A stretch of DNA of 62,171 bases, the filler included. It is 15 parts of 15 records of this genome, joined end to end, with 100 filler letters (N's around TTAATTAATTAA, not from the genome) between each part and the next. Parts side by side here need not be neighbours in the genome. Positions count along the whole stretch, not along the records: positions 1 to 4,486 come from SRR11831580_1225; positions 4,587 to 11,308 come from SRR11831580_1255; 13 more parts are not named here. One strand, written 5' to 3'. This document shows positions 1 through 11,408 of this stretch, piece after piece. The position numbers were made by a program, and so were the translations under genes. Under the pieces are notes generated by a model. That model saw only the letters and a program-made list of their open reading frames with translations. It searched no databases and was not told the origin of the DNA. The first letter of the stretch is position 1; every line of letters starts with the position of its first letter.

Positions 1-25
1 GCATACATTATACGAAGTTATACGA
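1..25. other. Remnant of 454 Titanium paired-end (loxP-containing) circularisation linker; artefact
   Basis: GCATACATTATACGAAGTTATACGA is the loxP spacer plus arm plus ACGA, i.e. the 3' end of the reverse-complemented Titanium linker CGTAATAACTTCGTATAGCATACATTATACGAAGTTATACGA; it abuts the ysgA coding sequence directly. Confidence 0.93.
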
Positions 26-363
26 GCTACCAGACCGCTAAGCAACGTGGGGATATCGGCAAAATCATTCGGATCGCCTTCGCGGAAGTAAAGTTCAGGT
101 GCGATAGCCAGATACCCCTCCAGCGCCAGACGGCGACAAATGTCGCGGATATGTTCATGCACGCCAAAAATTTCCTGCACTACAATGACCACTGGCAGTG
201 GGCCATCGCTTTGCTTTGGTCTGGCATGGTAAGCAGGCATGTTATCCCCTTGTGAAGGGATAGAGGTGAAGCCCGCCACAATCGCGTCGTCCGGGGTCTG
301 AACGATGGTCGAAGCGAGAGGCGATGCAGCAGGTGCAAATCCAGATTGTTGTGTTGTTGCCAT
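26..363 (-). CDS. ysgA: Dienelactone hydrolase family protein, 5' part only (cut at contig start)
   Basis: Manual translation from ATG at 363: MATTQQSGFAPAASPLAS...PVVIVVQEIFGVHEHIRDICRRLALEGYLAIAPELYFREGDP; divergent from udp as in E. coli. Confidence 0.9.
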
Positions 364-483
364 GGTATTCTCCGTACCCTTATAAAAATGTTGCGCAATG
401 TTAACTATAGTCAGCATGCAACAAATCACATTGCCTGAATCGGCTCATCTTTTATGCAGTCCTGCAGAATGAAGGGTGATTTA

Positions 484-551
484 TGTGATTTGCATCACTT
501 TTGGTGGGTAAATTTATGCAACGCATTTGCGTCATGGTGATGAGTATCACG
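484..551 (+). promoter_or_regulatory. udp promoter region: tandem CRP sites flanking a CytR operator
   Basis: TGTGA-N6-TCACT (484-499) and GGTGA-N6-TCACG (536-551), 52 bp apart, with TGCAAC...TTGCGT between; the known CytR-CRP architecture. Confidence 0.8.
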
Positions 552-624
552 AAAAAATGTTAAACCCTTCGGTAAAGTGTCTTTTTGCTTCTTCTGACTA
601 AACCGATTCACAGAGGAGTTGTAT

Positions 625-1386
625 ATGTCCAAGTCTGATGTTTTTCATCTCGGCCTCACTAAAAACGATTTACAAGGGGCTACGCTTGCCATCGTCCCTG
701 GCGACCCGGATCGTGTGGAAAAGATCGCCGCGCTGATGGATAAGCCGGTTAAGCTGGCATCTCACCGCGAATTCACTACCTGGCGTGCAGAGCTGGATGG
801 TAAACCTGTTATCGTCTGCTCTACCGGTATCGGCGGCCCGTCTACCTCTATTGCTGTTGAAGAGCTGGCACAGCTGGGCATTCGCACCTTCCTGCGTATC
901 GGTACAACGGGCGCTATTCAGCCGCATATTAATGTGGGTGATGTCCTGGTTACCACGGCGTCTGTCCGTCTGGATGGCGCGAGCCTGCACTTCGCACCGC
1001 TGGAATTCCCGGCTGTCGCTGATTTCGAATGTACGACTGCGCTGGTTGAAGCTGCGAAATCCATTGGCGCGACAACTCACGTTGGCGTGACAGCTTCTTC
1101 TGATACCTTCTACCCAGGTCAGGAACGTTACGATACTTACTCTGGTCGCGTAGTTCGTCACTTTAAAGGTTCTATGGAAGAGTGGCAGGCGATGGGCGTA
1201 ATGAACTATGAAATGGAATCTGCAACCCTGCTGACCATGTGTGCAAGTCAGGGCCTGCGTGCCGGTATGGTAGCGGGTGTTATCGTTAACCGCACCCAGC
1301 AAGAGATCCCGAATGCTGAGACGATGAAACAAACCGAAAGCCATGCGGTGAAAATCGTGGTGGAAGCGGCGCGTCGTCTGCTGTAA
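625..1386 (+). CDS. udp: Uridine phosphorylase
   Basis: [11 protein letters not shown]..., STGIGGPS and YEMESAT motifs; 253 aa from ATG 625 with GAGGAG RBS. Confidence 0.98.
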   Translation: MSKSDVFHLGLTKNDLQGATLAIVPGDPDRVEKIAALMDKPVKLASHREFTTWRAELDGKPVIVCSTGIGGPSTSIAVEELAQLGIRTFLRIGTTGAIQPHINVGDVLVTTASVRLDGASLHFAPLEFPAVADFECTTALVEAAKSIGATTHVGVTASSDTFYPGQERYDTYSGRVVRHFKGSMEEWQAMGVMNYEMESATLLTMCASQGLRAGMVAGVIVNRTQQEIPNAETMKQTESHAVKIVVEAARRLL

Positions 1387-1403
1387 TTCTCTTCTCCTGT
1401 CTG

Positions 1404-1426
1404 AAGGCCGACGCGTTCGGCCTTTT
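1404..1426 (+). terminator. Rho-independent terminator after udp
   Basis: AAGGCCGA-cgcgt-TCGGCCTT hairpin followed by T-run. Confidence 0.8.
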
Positions 1427-1526
1427 GTATTTTTGCGTAGCGCCTCGCAGGAAATGCCTTTCCAACTGGACGTTTGTACAGCACAATTCTATTTTGTGCG
1501 GGTAAGTTGTTGCGTCAGGAGGCGTT

Positions 1527-2954
1527 GTGGATTTCTCAATCATGGTTTACGCAGTTATTGCGTTGGTGGGTGTGGCAATTGGCTGGCTGTTTGCCAGTTA
1601 TCAACATGCGCAGCAAAAAGCCGAGCAATTAGCTGAACGTGAAGAGATGGTCGCGGAGTTAAGCGCGGCAAAACAACAAATTACCCAAAGCGAGCACTGG
1701 CGTGCAGAGTGCGAGTTACTCAATAACGAAGTGCGCAGCCTGCAAAGTATTAACACCTCTCTGGAGGCCGATCTGCGTGAAGTAACCACGCGGATGGAAG
1801 CCGCACAGCAACATGCTGACGATAAAATTCGCCAGATGATTAACAGCGAGCAGCGCCTCAGTGAGCAGTTTGAAAACCTCGCCAACCGTATTTTTGAGCA
1901 CAGCAATCGCCGGGTTGATGAGCAAAACCGTCAGAGTCTGAACAGCCTGTTGTCGCCGCTACGTGAACAACTGGACGGTTTCCGCCGTCAGGTTCAGGAC
2001 AGCTTCGGTAAAGAAGCACAAGAACGCCATACCCTGACCCACGAAATTCGCAATCTCCAGCAACTCAACGCGCAAATGGCCCAGGAAGCGATCAACCTGA
2101 CGCGCGCGCTGAAAGGCGACAATAAAACCCAGGGCAACTGGGGCGAGGTAGTATTGACGCGGGTGCTGGAGGCTTCCGGTCTGCGTGAAGGGTATGAATA
2201 TGAAACCCAGGTCAGCATCGAAAATGACGCCCGCTCGCGGATGCAGCCGGATGTCATCGTGCGCCTGCCGCAGGGAAAAGATGTGGTGATCGACGCCAAA
2301 ATGACGCTGGTCGCCTATGAACGCTATTTTAACGCCGAAGACGACTACACCCGCGAAAGCGCGCTACAGGAACATATCGCGTCGGTGCGTAACCATATCC
2401 GTTTGCTGGGACGCAAAGATTATCAACAGCTGCCGGGGCTGCGAACTCTGGATTACGTGCTGATGTTTATTCCCGTTGAACCCGCTTTTTTACTGGCGCT
2501 TGACCGCCAGCCGGAGCTGATCACCGAAGCGTTGAAAAACAACATCATGCTGGTTAGCCCGACTACGCTGCTGGTGGCGCTGCGCACTATCGCCAACCTG
2601 TGGCGTTATGAGCATCAAAGCCGCAACGCCCAGCAAATCGCCGATCGTGCCAGCAAGCTGTACGACAAGATGCGTTTGTTCATCGATGACATGTCCGCGA
2701 TTGGTCAAAGTCTCGACAAAGCGCAGGATAATTATCGGCAGGCAATGAAAAAACTCTCTTCAGGGCGCGGAAATGTGCTGGCGCAGGCAGAAGCGTTTCG
2801 CGGTTTAGGAGTAGAAATTAAACGCGAGATTAATCCGGATTTGGCTGAACAGGCGGTGAGCCAGGATGAAGAGTATCGACTTCGGTCGGTTCCGGAGCAG
2901 CCGAATGATGAAGCTTATCAACGCGATGATGAATATAATCAGCAGTCGCGCTAG
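1527..2954 (+). CDS. rmuC: DNA recombination-limiting protein RmuC
   Basis: 475 aa; N-terminal TM, coiled coil, QGNWGE and PD...IDAK motifs; lies between udp and ubiE. Confidence 0.96.
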   Translation: MDFSIMVYAVIALVGVAIGWLFASYQHAQQKAEQLAEREEMVAELSAAKQQITQSEHWRAECELLNNEVRSLQSINTSLEADLREVTTRMEAAQQHADDKIRQMINSEQRLSEQFENLANRIFEHSNRRVDEQNRQSLNSLLSPLREQLDGFRRQVQDSFGKEAQERHTLTHEIRNLQQLNAQMAQEAINLTRALKGDNKTQGNWGEVVLTRVLEASGLREGYEYETQVSIENDARSRMQPDVIVRLPQGKDVVIDAKMTLVAYERYFNAEDDYTRESALQEHIASVRNHIRLLGRKDYQQLPGLRTLDYVLMFIPVEPAFLLALDRQPELITEALKNNIMLVSPTTLLVALRTIANLWRYEHQSRNAQQIADRASKLYDKMRLFIDDMSAIGQSLDKAQDNYRQAMKKLSSGRGNVLAQAEAFRGLGVEIKREINPDLAEQAVSQDEEYRLRSVPEQPNDEAYQRDDEYNQQSR

Positions 2955-3048
2955 CCCATTGGGAGTAGTTAAGCCGGGTAGAAATCTAGGGCATCGACGC
3001 CCAATCTGTTACACTTCTGGAACAATTTTTTGATGAGCAGGCATTGAG

Positions 3049-3804
3049 ATGGTGGATAAGTCACAAGAAACGACGCACTTTGGTTTTCAGACCGTCGCGA
3101 AGGAACAAAAAGCGGATATGGTCGCCCACGTTTTCCATTCCGTGGCATCAAAATACGATGTCATGAATGATTTGATGTCATTTGGTATTCATCGTTTGTG
3201 GAAGCGATTCACGATTGATTGCAGCGGCGTACGCCGTGGGCAGACCGTGCTGGATCTGGCTGGTGGCACCGGCGACCTGACAGCGAAATTCTCCCGCCTG
3301 GTCGGAGAAACTGGCAAAGTGGTCCTTGCTGATATCAATGAATCCATGCTCAAAATGGGCCGCGAGAAGCTGCGTAATATCGGTGTGATTGGCAACGTTG
3401 AGTATGTTCAGGCGAACGCTGAGGCGCTGCCGTTCCCGGATAACACCTTTGATTGCATCACCATTTCGTTTGGTCTGCGTAACGTCACCGACAAAGATAA
3501 AGCACTGCGTTCAATGTATCGCGTGCTGAAACCCGGCGGCCGCCTGCTGGTGCTTGAGTTCTCGAAGCCAATTATCGAGCCGCTGAGCAAAGCCTATGAT
3601 GCATACTCCTTCCATGTGCTGCCGCGTATTGGCTCACTGGTCGCGAACGACGCCGACAGCTACCGTTATCTGGCAGAATCCATCCGTATGCATCCCGATC
3701 AGGATACCCTGAAAGCCATGATGCAGGATGCCGGATTCGAAAGTGTCGACTACTACAATCTGACGGCAGGGGTTGTGGCGCTGCATCGTGGTTATAAGTT
3801 CTGA
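3049..3804 (+). CDS. ubiE: Ubiquinone/menaquinone C-methyltransferase
   Basis: 251 aa; [17 protein letters not shown] and [13 protein letters not shown]-binding motif. Confidence 0.98.
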
Positions 3805-3817
3805 CAGGAGACCGGAA

Positions 3818-4423
3818 ATGCCTTTTAAACCTTTAGTGACGGCAGGAATTGAAAGTCTGCTCAACACCTTCCTGTATCGCTCACCCGCGCTGAAAACGGC
3901 CCGCTCGCGTCTGCTGGGTAAAGTATTGCGCGTGGAGGTAAAAGGCTTTTCGACGTCATTGATTCTGGTGTTCAGCGAACGCCAGGTTGATGTACTGGGC
4001 GAATGGGCAGGCGATGCTGACTGCACCGTTATCGCCTACGCCAGTGTGTTGCCGAAACTTCGCGATCGCCAGCAGCTTACCGCACTGATTCGCAGTGGTG
4101 AGCTGGAAGTGCAGGGCGATATTCAGGTGGTGCAAAACTTCGTTGCGCTGGCAGATCTGGCAGAGTTCGACCCTGCGGAACTGCTGGCCCCTTATACCGG
4201 TGATATCGCCGCTGAAGGAATCAGCAAAGCCATGCGCGGAGGCGCAAAGTTCCTGCATCACGGCATTAAGCGCCAGCAACGTTATGTGGCGGAAGCCATT
4301 ACTGAAGAGTGGCGTATGGCACCCGGTCCGCTTGAAGTGGCCTGGTTTGCGGAAGAGACGGCTGCCGTCGAGCGTGCTGTTGATGCCCTGACCAAACGGC
4401 TGGAAAAACTGGAGGCTAAATGA
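3818..4423 (+). CDS. ubiJ: Ubiquinone biosynthesis accessory factor (SCP2 domain)
   Basis: MPFKPLVTAGIESLLN..., 201 aa from ATG 3818; ubiE-ubiJ-ubiB order. Confidence 0.95.
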   Translation: MPFKPLVTAGIESLLNTFLYRSPALKTARSRLLGKVLRVEVKGFSTSLILVFSERQVDVLGEWAGDADCTVIAYASVLPKLRDRQQLTALIRSGELEVQGDIQVVQNFVALADLAEFDPAELLAPYTGDIAAEGISKAMRGGAKFLHHGIKRQQRYVAEAITEEWRMAPGPLEVAWFAEETAAVERAVDALTKRLEKLEAK

Positions 4424-4486
4424 CGCCAGGTGAAGTACGGCGCCTATATTTCATCATTCGCACTTTTTTAAGCTACGGACTTGATG
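4420..4486 (+). CDS. ubiB: UbiB kinase-like protein, first 22 codons only
   Basis: ATGA overlap with the ubiJ stop; MTPGEVRRLYFIIRTFLSYGLD. Confidence 0.9.
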
Positions 4487-4586
4487 NNNNNNNNNNNNNN
4501 NNNNNNNNNNNNNNNNNNNNNNNNNNNNNNTTAATTAATTAANNNNNNNNNNNNNNNNNNNNNNNNNNNNNNNNNNNNNNNNNNNN
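4487..4586. other. Artificial contig spacer (first of 14)
   Basis: 44 N + TTAATTAATTAA + 44 N. Also at 11309, 16711, 21411, 23826, 26515, 29100, 31565, 35302, 39417, 42189, 52647, 54867 and 59427, each 100 bp. Confidence 0.99.
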
Positions 4587-4609
4587 GTATGCTATACGAA
4601 GTTATTACG
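4587..4609. other. Remnant of 454 Titanium paired-end linker; artefact
   Basis: GTATGCTATACGAAGTTATTACG is the 3' end of TCGTATAACTTCGTATAATGTATGCTATACGAAGTTATTACG; fused to mid-xylB. Confidence 0.93.
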
Positions 4610-4903
4610 GCAAAGTGTTACGTTGATTGGGGGCGGGGCGCGTAGTGAGTACTGGCGTCAGATGCTGGCGGATATCAGCGGTCAGCAGCTCGATTACCGT
4701 ACGGGGGGGATGTGGGGCCAGCACTGGGCGCAGCAAGGCTGGCGCAGATCGCGGCGAATCCAGAGAAATCGCTCATTGAATTGTTGCCGCAACTACCGTT
4801 AGAACAGTCGCATCTACCAGATGCGCAGCGTTATGCCGCTTATCAGCCACGACGAGAAACGTTCCGTCGCCTCTATCAGCAACTTCTGCCATTAATGGCG
4901 TAA
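4610..4903 (+). CDS. xylB: Xylulokinase, 3' part; apparent -1 frameshift in G-run 4703-4709
   Basis: QSVTLIGGGARSEYWRQMLADISGQQLDYRT, then in the next frame DVGPALGAARLAQIA...LLPLMA; G7 where G8 restores the frame. Confidence 0.92.
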
Positions 4904-5071
4904 ACGTTATCCCCTGCCTGACCGGGTGGGGGATAATTCACATCTATATATCTCAGTAATTAATTAATATTTAGTATGAATTTATTCTGAAAATCATTTG
5001 TTAATGGCATTTTTCAGTTTTGTCTTTCGTTGGTTACTCGTAATGTATCGCTGGTAGATATGGAGATCGTT

Positions 5072-5413
5072 ATGAAAACCTCAAAGACTGTGGCAAAACT
5101 ATTATTTGTTGTCGGGGCGCTGGTTTATCTGGTTGGGCTATGGATCTCATGCCCATTGTTAAGTGGAAAAGGCTATTTTCTTGGCGTGTTAATGACAGCA
5201 ACTTTTGGCAACTATGCATATCTTCGCGCAGAAAAACTCGGGCAACTGGATGATTTTTTTACCCATATCTGCCAGTTAGTTGCGTTAATCACTATCGGTC
5301 TCTTGTTTATCGGTGTTTTAAACGCACCTATCAATACTTATGAAATGGTGATCTATCCCATCGCCTTTTTTGTCTGCTTGTTTGGTCAAATGCGTTTGTT
5401 TCGCTCGGCATGA
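5072..5413 (+). CDS. yiaB: Inner membrane protein, YiaA/B two-helix family
   Basis: MKTSKTVAKLLF..., four hydrophobic segments, KGYF motif, synteny. Confidence 0.9.
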   Translation: MKTSKTVAKLLFVVGALVYLVGLWISCPLLSGKGYFLGVLMTATFGNYAYLRAEKLGQLDDFFTHICQLVALITIGLLFIGVLNAPINTYEMVIYPIAFFVCLFGQMRLFRSA

Positions 5414-5458
5414 GCAACATAAAGCTCTTACATATTCAGGAATGAAAGGAATACTGTG

Positions 5459-5896
5459 ATGGACAACAAAATATCAACCTATTCACCGGCCTTTAGTATT
5501 GTGTCATGGATAGCTCTCGTTGGTGGTATCGTTACCTATCTGTTAGGGCTATGGAATGCAGAGATGCAGTTAAATGAAAAAGGATATTATTTTGCCGTAC
5601 TGGTATTAGGACTGTTTTCTGCGGCGTCTTATCAAAAGACCGTTCGGGACAAGTATGAAGGCATACCGACCACTTCCATTTATTATATGACCTGCCTGAC
5701 TGTCTTTATTATCTCTGTTGCATTACTGATGGTAGGTCTGTGGAATGCGACATTATTACTCAGCGAAAAAGGTTTTTATGGACTGGCTTTCTTCTTAAGC
5801 TTGTTTGGTGCAGTAGCGGTGCAGAAAAATATTCGTGATGCCGGAATAAACCCACCAAAAGAAACACAGGTTACCCAGGAAGAATACAGCGAATAA
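5459..5896 (+). CDS. yiaA: Inner membrane protein with two YiaA/B repeats
   Basis: Internal repeat GLWNA...EKGYY / GLWNA...EKGFY. Confidence 0.92.
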
Positions 5897-5903
5897 CTCA
5901 CGT

Positions 5904-5935
5904 AAGCCCGGTCAGTCCAATGTGACCGGGCTTTT
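5904..5935. terminator. Probable bidirectional terminator between convergent yiaA and wecH
   Basis: AAGCCCGGTCA...TGACCGGGCTTTT inverted repeat. Confidence 0.75.
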
Positions 5936-5937
5936 AC

Positions 5938-6933
5938 TTAACTCACTAATCTGTTTCTGTCGATTCGTTGTACCAGCATAGAAAGTAACAAACTCGCTGC
6001 CAACGTCGCGCAAAAGATCCAAATAATATCCAGTATTGGCCAATTTTTAAGCTCAATTCCCCGGGTGCGCAGCGCATGGATAATCAAGGCGTGGAATCCG
6101 TATATACCCAATGAATGGCGGGAGATTAAGCCAAGTCCGCGAATGGTACGCGTATCCAGCGTGTTTTTAACCAGAGTCAATAGCGCGATTGCGCAGATAA
6201 AAACCATCGGCCCACAGTAAAGATACCAGGTATCGGCAAAATTTCCGCGCCACTGCAATTCATATAATGTCCCGCGAGAGATAATAAAAACCCCCGTCGC
6301 AAACAGCGCGGCGCTCACCCACGACAGTGCTTTATGCTGTGTGTCCATCATCCCTATAGCGCGGCCCAACATGCCATACAGAATGTAGTAAAAAGTATCG
6401 CCATTGATATATAAGTTAATTGGCAGCCATTCAAAACCGTCAATTTTCTGCGGCACTGTGTTTGGGTTAGCGATAATGCCAATCACCGCCATTAGCACCA
6501 GCAACATTTTTCCGCCGACGTTCTTCACCTGAATCAGCGGTGAAACCAGATAAATCACCGCAATCGCGAAGAAAAACCACAAGTGGTAAAACACTGGCTT
6601 TTGCAGCAGGTTTTTCAGCGCTAACTCCATATTGATGGAGGTAAACAGCGCAATGTAGAGCAGTGCGATTGCGCTATAAAAAATCAGACATAAGCCGATA
6701 CGCAAGAAATGGCGCGGCTGGGCGCTGCGTTCGCCAAAAAAGAGATAGCCGGAAATCATGAAAAATAGCGGCACGCTGACACGAGAGGCAGAATTCAGAA
6801 CATTGGCGATATCCCATGTGACGGGGCTAACACTATGAGCATTGGTCACATACCAGGTAGTGGTGTGAATCATCACCACCATTAAACACGCTATCCCTCG
6901 CAGGTTATCAATCCAGTAAATTTTGGGCTGCAT
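5938..6933 (-). CDS. wecH: Enterobacterial common antigen O-acetyltransferase
   Basis: 331 aa acyltransferase-3 family ([23 protein letters not shown]); synteny. Confidence 0.93.
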
Positions 6934-7107
6934 CTGTGTCTCTGTATCTGGTTAAAAAAAGTCTGACCGATAAATCATTTGGTTGGCGCACTGGAATAAT
7001 CTGAGTTTTATCACTACAGCTTATAGAGGCTTAAGGAAATTCGTAAGATATCAGCCACTATACCGATATAAATAATAAGACTCACCTGCAAACCAGACGG
7101 TAATTTA

Positions 7108-7406
7108 ATGATGATGAACGCTTTCTTTCCGGCAATGGCGCTTATGGTGCTAGTGGGTTGTTCTATACCGTCACCCGTGCAGAAAGCACAACGGGTAAAG
7201 GTTGATCCTCTGCGTTCGTTGAATATGGAAGCGTTATGCAAGGATCAGGCGGCAAAACGTTATAACACCGGCGAGCAAAAATCGACGTCACCGCCTTCGA
7301 ACAGTTCCAGGGAAGCTATGAAATGCGCGGTTATACCTTCCGTAAAGAGCAGTTTGTCTGTTCTTTTGACGCGGATGGCCATTTTTTGCATCTTTCCATG
7401 CGTTAA
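7108..7406 (+). CDS. ysaB: Small lipoprotein YsaB; apparent -1 frameshift in A-run 7277-7281
   Basis: Lipobox LVGC; adding one A gives EQKIDVTAFEQFQGSYEMRGY...HLSMR ending at TAA 7404-7406. Confidence 0.85.
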
Positions 7407-7500
7407 GCCCTGCTTTTTCCCGTTTCGTACTGTATATCTTCCATCCAGCGGGTATACTGATCCCTTCCTTTAAATCCACACGTATCCAGCACGAAATAAT

Positions 7501-8412
7501 ATGCAAAAGTTTGATACCAGGACCTTCCAGGGCTTGATCCTGACCTTACAGGATTACTGGGCTCGCCAGGGCTGCACCATTGTTCAACCATTGGACATGG
7601 AAGTCGGCGCGGGAACCTCTCACCCAATGACCTGTCTGCGCGCGCTGGGGCCAGAACCGATGGCGGCTGCTTATGTTCAGCCTTCTCGTCGCCCGACCGA
7701 TGGTCGCTACGGCGAAAACCCCAACCGTTTACAGCACTACTATCAGTTCCAGGTGGTCATTAAGCCATCGCCGGACAATATTCAGGAGCTGTACCTCGGT
7801 TCTCTGAAAGAGCTGGGCATGGACCCGACTATTCACGACATCCGTTTCGTGGAAGATAACTGGGAAAACCCGACGCTGGGTGCCTGGGGACTGGGCTGGG
7901 AAGTGTGGCTGAACGGCATGGAAGTGACGCAGTTCACTTACTTCCAGCAGGTTGGTGGTCTGGAGTGTAAACCGGTTACCGGCGAGATCACCTACGGTCT
8001 GGAACGTCTGGCCATGTACATTCAGGGCGTAGACAGCGTTTACGACCTGGTCTGGAGCGACGGCCCGCTGGGTAAAACCACCTACGGCGACGTGTTCCAT
8101 CAGAACGAAGTGGAGCAGTCCACTTACAACTTCGAATACGCGGATGTGGACTTCCTGTTCACCTGCTTCGAGCAGTACGAGAAAGAAGCGCAGCAGCTGC
8201 TGGCGCTGGAAAATCCGCTGCCGCTGCCAGCCTACGAGCGTATTCTGAAAGCCGCCCACAGCTTCAACCTGCTGGATGCGCGTAAAGCCATCTCCGTCAC
8301 CGAGCGTCAGCGCTACATTCTGCGCATTCGCACCCTGACCAAAGCAGTGGCAGAAGCATACTACGCTTCCCGTGAAGCCCTCGGCTTCCCGATGTGCAAC
8401 AAAGATAAGTAA
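7501..8412 (+). CDS. glyQ: Glycine--tRNA ligase alpha subunit
   Basis: 303 aa; [27 protein letters not shown]. Confidence 0.99.
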
Positions 8413-8421
8413 GAGGCGGCT

Positions 8422-10491
8422 ATGTCTGAGAAAACTTTTCTGGTGGAAATCGGCACTGAAGAGCTGCCACCAAAAGCACTGCGCAGCCTGGCTGAGTCCT
8501 TTGCTGCGAACTTTACTGCGGAGCTGGATAACGCTGGCCTCGCACACGGCACCGTTCAATGGTTTGCTGCTCCGCGTCGTCTGGCGCTGAAAGTAGCTAA
8601 CCTGGCGGAAGCGCAACCGGATCGTGAAATCGAAAAACGCGGCCCGGCGATTGCCCAGGCGTTCGACGCTGAAGGCAAACCGAGCAAAGCGGCAGAAGGT
8701 TGGGCGCGTGGTTGCGGTATTACCGTTGACCAGGCTGAGCGTCTGACTACCGATAAAGGCGAATGGCTGCTGTATCGCGCCCATGTGAAGGGCGAAAGCA
8801 CCGAAGCACTGCTGCCGAATATGGTTGCGACTTCTCTGGCGAAACTGCCGATCCCGAAACTGATGCGTTGGGGCGCAAGCGACGTGCACTTCGTGCGTCC
8901 GGTGCACACCGTGACCCTGCTGCTGGGCGACAAAGTCATTCCGGCAACCATTCTGGGCATTCAGTCCGATCGCGTGATTCGCGGCCACCGCTTTATGGGC
9001 GAGCCGGAATTCACCATCGATAACGCCGATCAGTATCCGGAAATTCTGCGTGAGCGTGGGAAAGTCATCGCCGATTACGAAGAACGTAAGGCGAAGATTA
9101 AAGCCGATGCCGAAGAAGCAGCGCGTAAGATTGGCGGTAACGCTGACTTAAGCGAAAGCCTGCTGGAAGAAGTGGCTTCGCTGGTGGAGTGGCCGGTCGT
9201 TCTGACCGCAAAATTCGAAGAGAAATTCCTCGCGGTGCCGGCTGAAGCGCTGGTTTACACCATGAAAGGTGACCAGAAATACTTCCCGGTGTATGCGAAC
9301 GACGGCAAACTGCTGCCGAACTTTATCTTCGTTGCCAACATCGAATCGAAAGATCCGCAGCAGATTATCTCCGGTAACGAGAAAGTCGTTCGTCCGCGTC
9401 TGGCGGATGCCGAGTTCTTCTTCAACACCGACCGTAAAAAACGTCTTGAAGATAACCTGCCGCGCCTGCAAACCGTGTTGTTCCAGCAACAGTTGGGGAC
9501 GCTGCGCGACAAAACTGACCGCATCCAGGCGCTGGCTGGCTGGATTGCTGAACAGATTGGCGCTGACGTTAACCACGCTACCCGTGCGGGTCTGCTGTCT
9601 AAGTGCGACCTGATGACCAACATGGTCTTCGAGTTCACCGACACCCAGGGCGTTATGGGGATGCACTATGCGCGTCACGATGGCGAAGCGGAAGATGTCG
9701 CGGTGGCGCTGAATGAGCAGTATCAGCCGCGTTTTGCTGGTGATGACCTGCCGTCCAACCCAGTAGCTTGTGCGCTGGCGATTGCTGACAAGATGGATAC
9801 CCTGGCGGGTATCTTCGGTATCGGTCAGCATCCGAAAGGCGACAAAGACCCGTTTGCGCTGCGTCGTGCCGCGCTTGGCGTGCTGCGAATTATCGTTGAG
9901 AAGAACCTCAACCTTGATCTGCAAACGCTGACCGAAGAAGCGGTGCGTCTGTATGGCGATAAGCTGACTAATGCCAACGTAGTTGATGATGTTATCGACT
10001 TTATGCTCGGTCGCTTCCGCGCCTGGTATCAGGACGAAGGTTATACCGTTGACACCATCCAGGCGGTACTGGCGCGTCGTCCGACTCGTCCGGCTGATTT
10101 CGATGCCCGTATGAAAGCGGTATCGCATTTCCGTACCCTGGATGCAGCTGCTGCACTGGCGGCGGCGAACAAACGTGTATCTAACATTCTGGCGAAATCT
10201 GACGAAGTGCTGAGCGACCGCGTGAATGCCTCTACCCTGAAAGAGCCGGAAGAAATTAAACTGGCGATGCAGGTTGTGGTGCTACGTGACAAGCTGGAGC
10301 CGTACTTTACGGAAGGTCGTTACCAGGATGCGCTGGTCGAACTGGCTGAGCTGCGTGAACCGGTTGATGCTTTCTTCGATAAAGTGATGGTCATGGTTGA
10401 TGACAAAGAATTGCGTATCAACCGTCTGACCATGCTGGAGAAACTGCGCGAACTGTTCCTGCGCGTTGCGGATATTTCGCTGTTGCAATAA
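8422..10491 (+). CDS. glyS: Glycine--tRNA ligase beta subunit
   Basis: 689 aa; [19 protein letters not shown]. Confidence 0.99.
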   Translation: MSEKTFLVEIGTEELPPKALRSLAESFAANFTAELDNAGLAHGTVQWFAAPRRLALKVANLAEAQPDREIEKRGPAIAQAFDAEGKPSKAAEGWARGCGITVDQAERLTTDKGEWLLYRAHVKGESTEALLPNMVATSLAKLPIPKLMRWGASDVHFVRPVHTVTLLLGDKVIPATILGIQSDRVIRGHRFMGEPEFTIDNADQYPEILRERGKVIADYEERKAKIKADAEEAARKIGGNADLSESLLEEVASLVEWPVVLTAKFEEKFLAVPAEALVYTMKGDQKYFPVYANDGKLLPNFIFVANIESKDPQQIISGNEKVVRPRLADAEFFFNTDRKKRLEDNLPRLQTVLFQQQLGTLRDKTDRIQALAGWIAEQIGADVNHATRAGLLSKCDLMTNMVFEFTDTQGVMGMHYARHDGEAEDVAVALNEQYQPRFAGDDLPSNPVACALAIADKMDTLAGIFGIGQHPKGDKDPFALRRAALGVLRIIVEKNLNLDLQTLTEEAVRLYGDKLTNANVVDDVIDFMLGRFRAWYQDEGYTVDTIQAVLARRPTRPADFDARMKAVSHFRTLDAAAALAAANKRVSNILAKSDEVLSDRVNASTLKEPEEIKLAMQVVVLRDKLEPYFTEGRYQDALVELAELREPVDAFFDKVMVMVDDKELRINRLTMLEKLRELFLRVADISLLQ

Positions 10492-10508
10492 TAACGCCGT
10501 TATTAAAT

Positions 10509-10534
10509 AGCCTGCCATCTGGCAGGCTTTTTTT
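10509..10534 (+). terminator. Rho-independent terminator after glyS
   Basis: AGCCTGCCA-tc-TGGCAGGCT followed by a T-run. Confidence 0.88.
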
Positions 10535-10663
10535 ATCGCTAAATAATACAGCAACCTTTAATAATCTTCTGCTGAATAAAGATTATCTCATATATTAATT
10601 TTATGAGATTTTTTTAGGATTATATCAAGGAGAAGAAACAAACTTATTAAGCTAGAATAGCCA

Positions 10664-10743
10664 CGGGTGCTTGAGACTGTTTGTCTCAGGTATTCACCGA
10701 AAGGCAGACAGAGAAAAGCCCCACCTGACTATAAATCAAAGTT
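10664..10743 (+). other. 5' leader of the hokA/mokA type I toxin-antitoxin mRNA, interrupted by IS150
   Basis: GGGTGCTTGAGACTGTTTGTCTCAGG...GGCAGACAGAGAAAAGCCCC resembles the hok-family leader and stops at the IS150 end; matches the known K-12 arrangement downstream of glyS. Confidence 0.6.
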
Positions 10744-11308
10744 TGTACTGACCCCAAAAAGTTGGACAGTTAAACACGAGGCATATAGGTCTGATTCCGA
10801 TATTCAATTGGAGTCAGACCTTTTAATTTCAGGCTAATTCTTCTGCTGTTGTAGTATTCAATATATTCCGTAACAGCATCCTTCAGTTCGCTTATATTAC
10901 TGAACTCATCAAGATAAAAACACTCCGACTTTAAGGTTCCAAAGAAACACTCCACCACAGCATTATCCAGACAATTGCCTTTTCTGGACATGCTTTGTTT
11001 AATACCATGTTCTTTAAGGATATTTTGATATCTTCTCATACGATACTGCCATCCCTGGTCAGAGTGCAGAACAGGATGCTCGTGAGGATTAAGCTTTTTG
11101 AATGCCTGATCGAGCATATTCTCAACCATGTTCATCACTGGTCTTTCCGAAAGGCTGTAAGAAATAACTTCGTTGTTGAAGAGATCTATTACTGGAGACA
11201 AATACAGCTTGCGCCCATTGACTGCAAATTCAGTAACATCGGTAACCCACTTCTCGTTTGGCCGCGTAGCCTTGAAATCTCTTTGGAGAACATTAGGGGC
11301 GGTTTGCC
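10744..11308 (-). mobile_element. IS150 (IS3 family), right end, truncated by contig end
   Basis: Terminal IR TGTACTGACCCCAAAAAGTTGGACAGT plus a DDE integrase-core ORF. Confidence 0.92.
10770..11308 (-). CDS. insK: IS150 transposase OrfB, 3' part
   Basis: [43 protein letters not shown] motifs. Confidence 0.92.
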
Positions 11309-11408
11309 NNNNNNNNNNNNNNNNNNNNNNNNNNNNNNNNNNNNNNNNNNNNTTAATTAATTAANNNNNNNNNNNNNNNNNNNNNNNNNNNNNNNNNNNN
11401 NNNNNNNN

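Noticed and set aside
1-25. Natural or engineered Cre/lox system, or phage P1
   Set aside because: Only partial sites at contig edges with 454 linker flanks; no recombinase or phage genes
4531-4542. Recurring TTAATTAATTAA as a repeat array, CRISPR or recombination site
   Set aside because: Always centred in 88 Ns; a six-frame stop linker added during assembly
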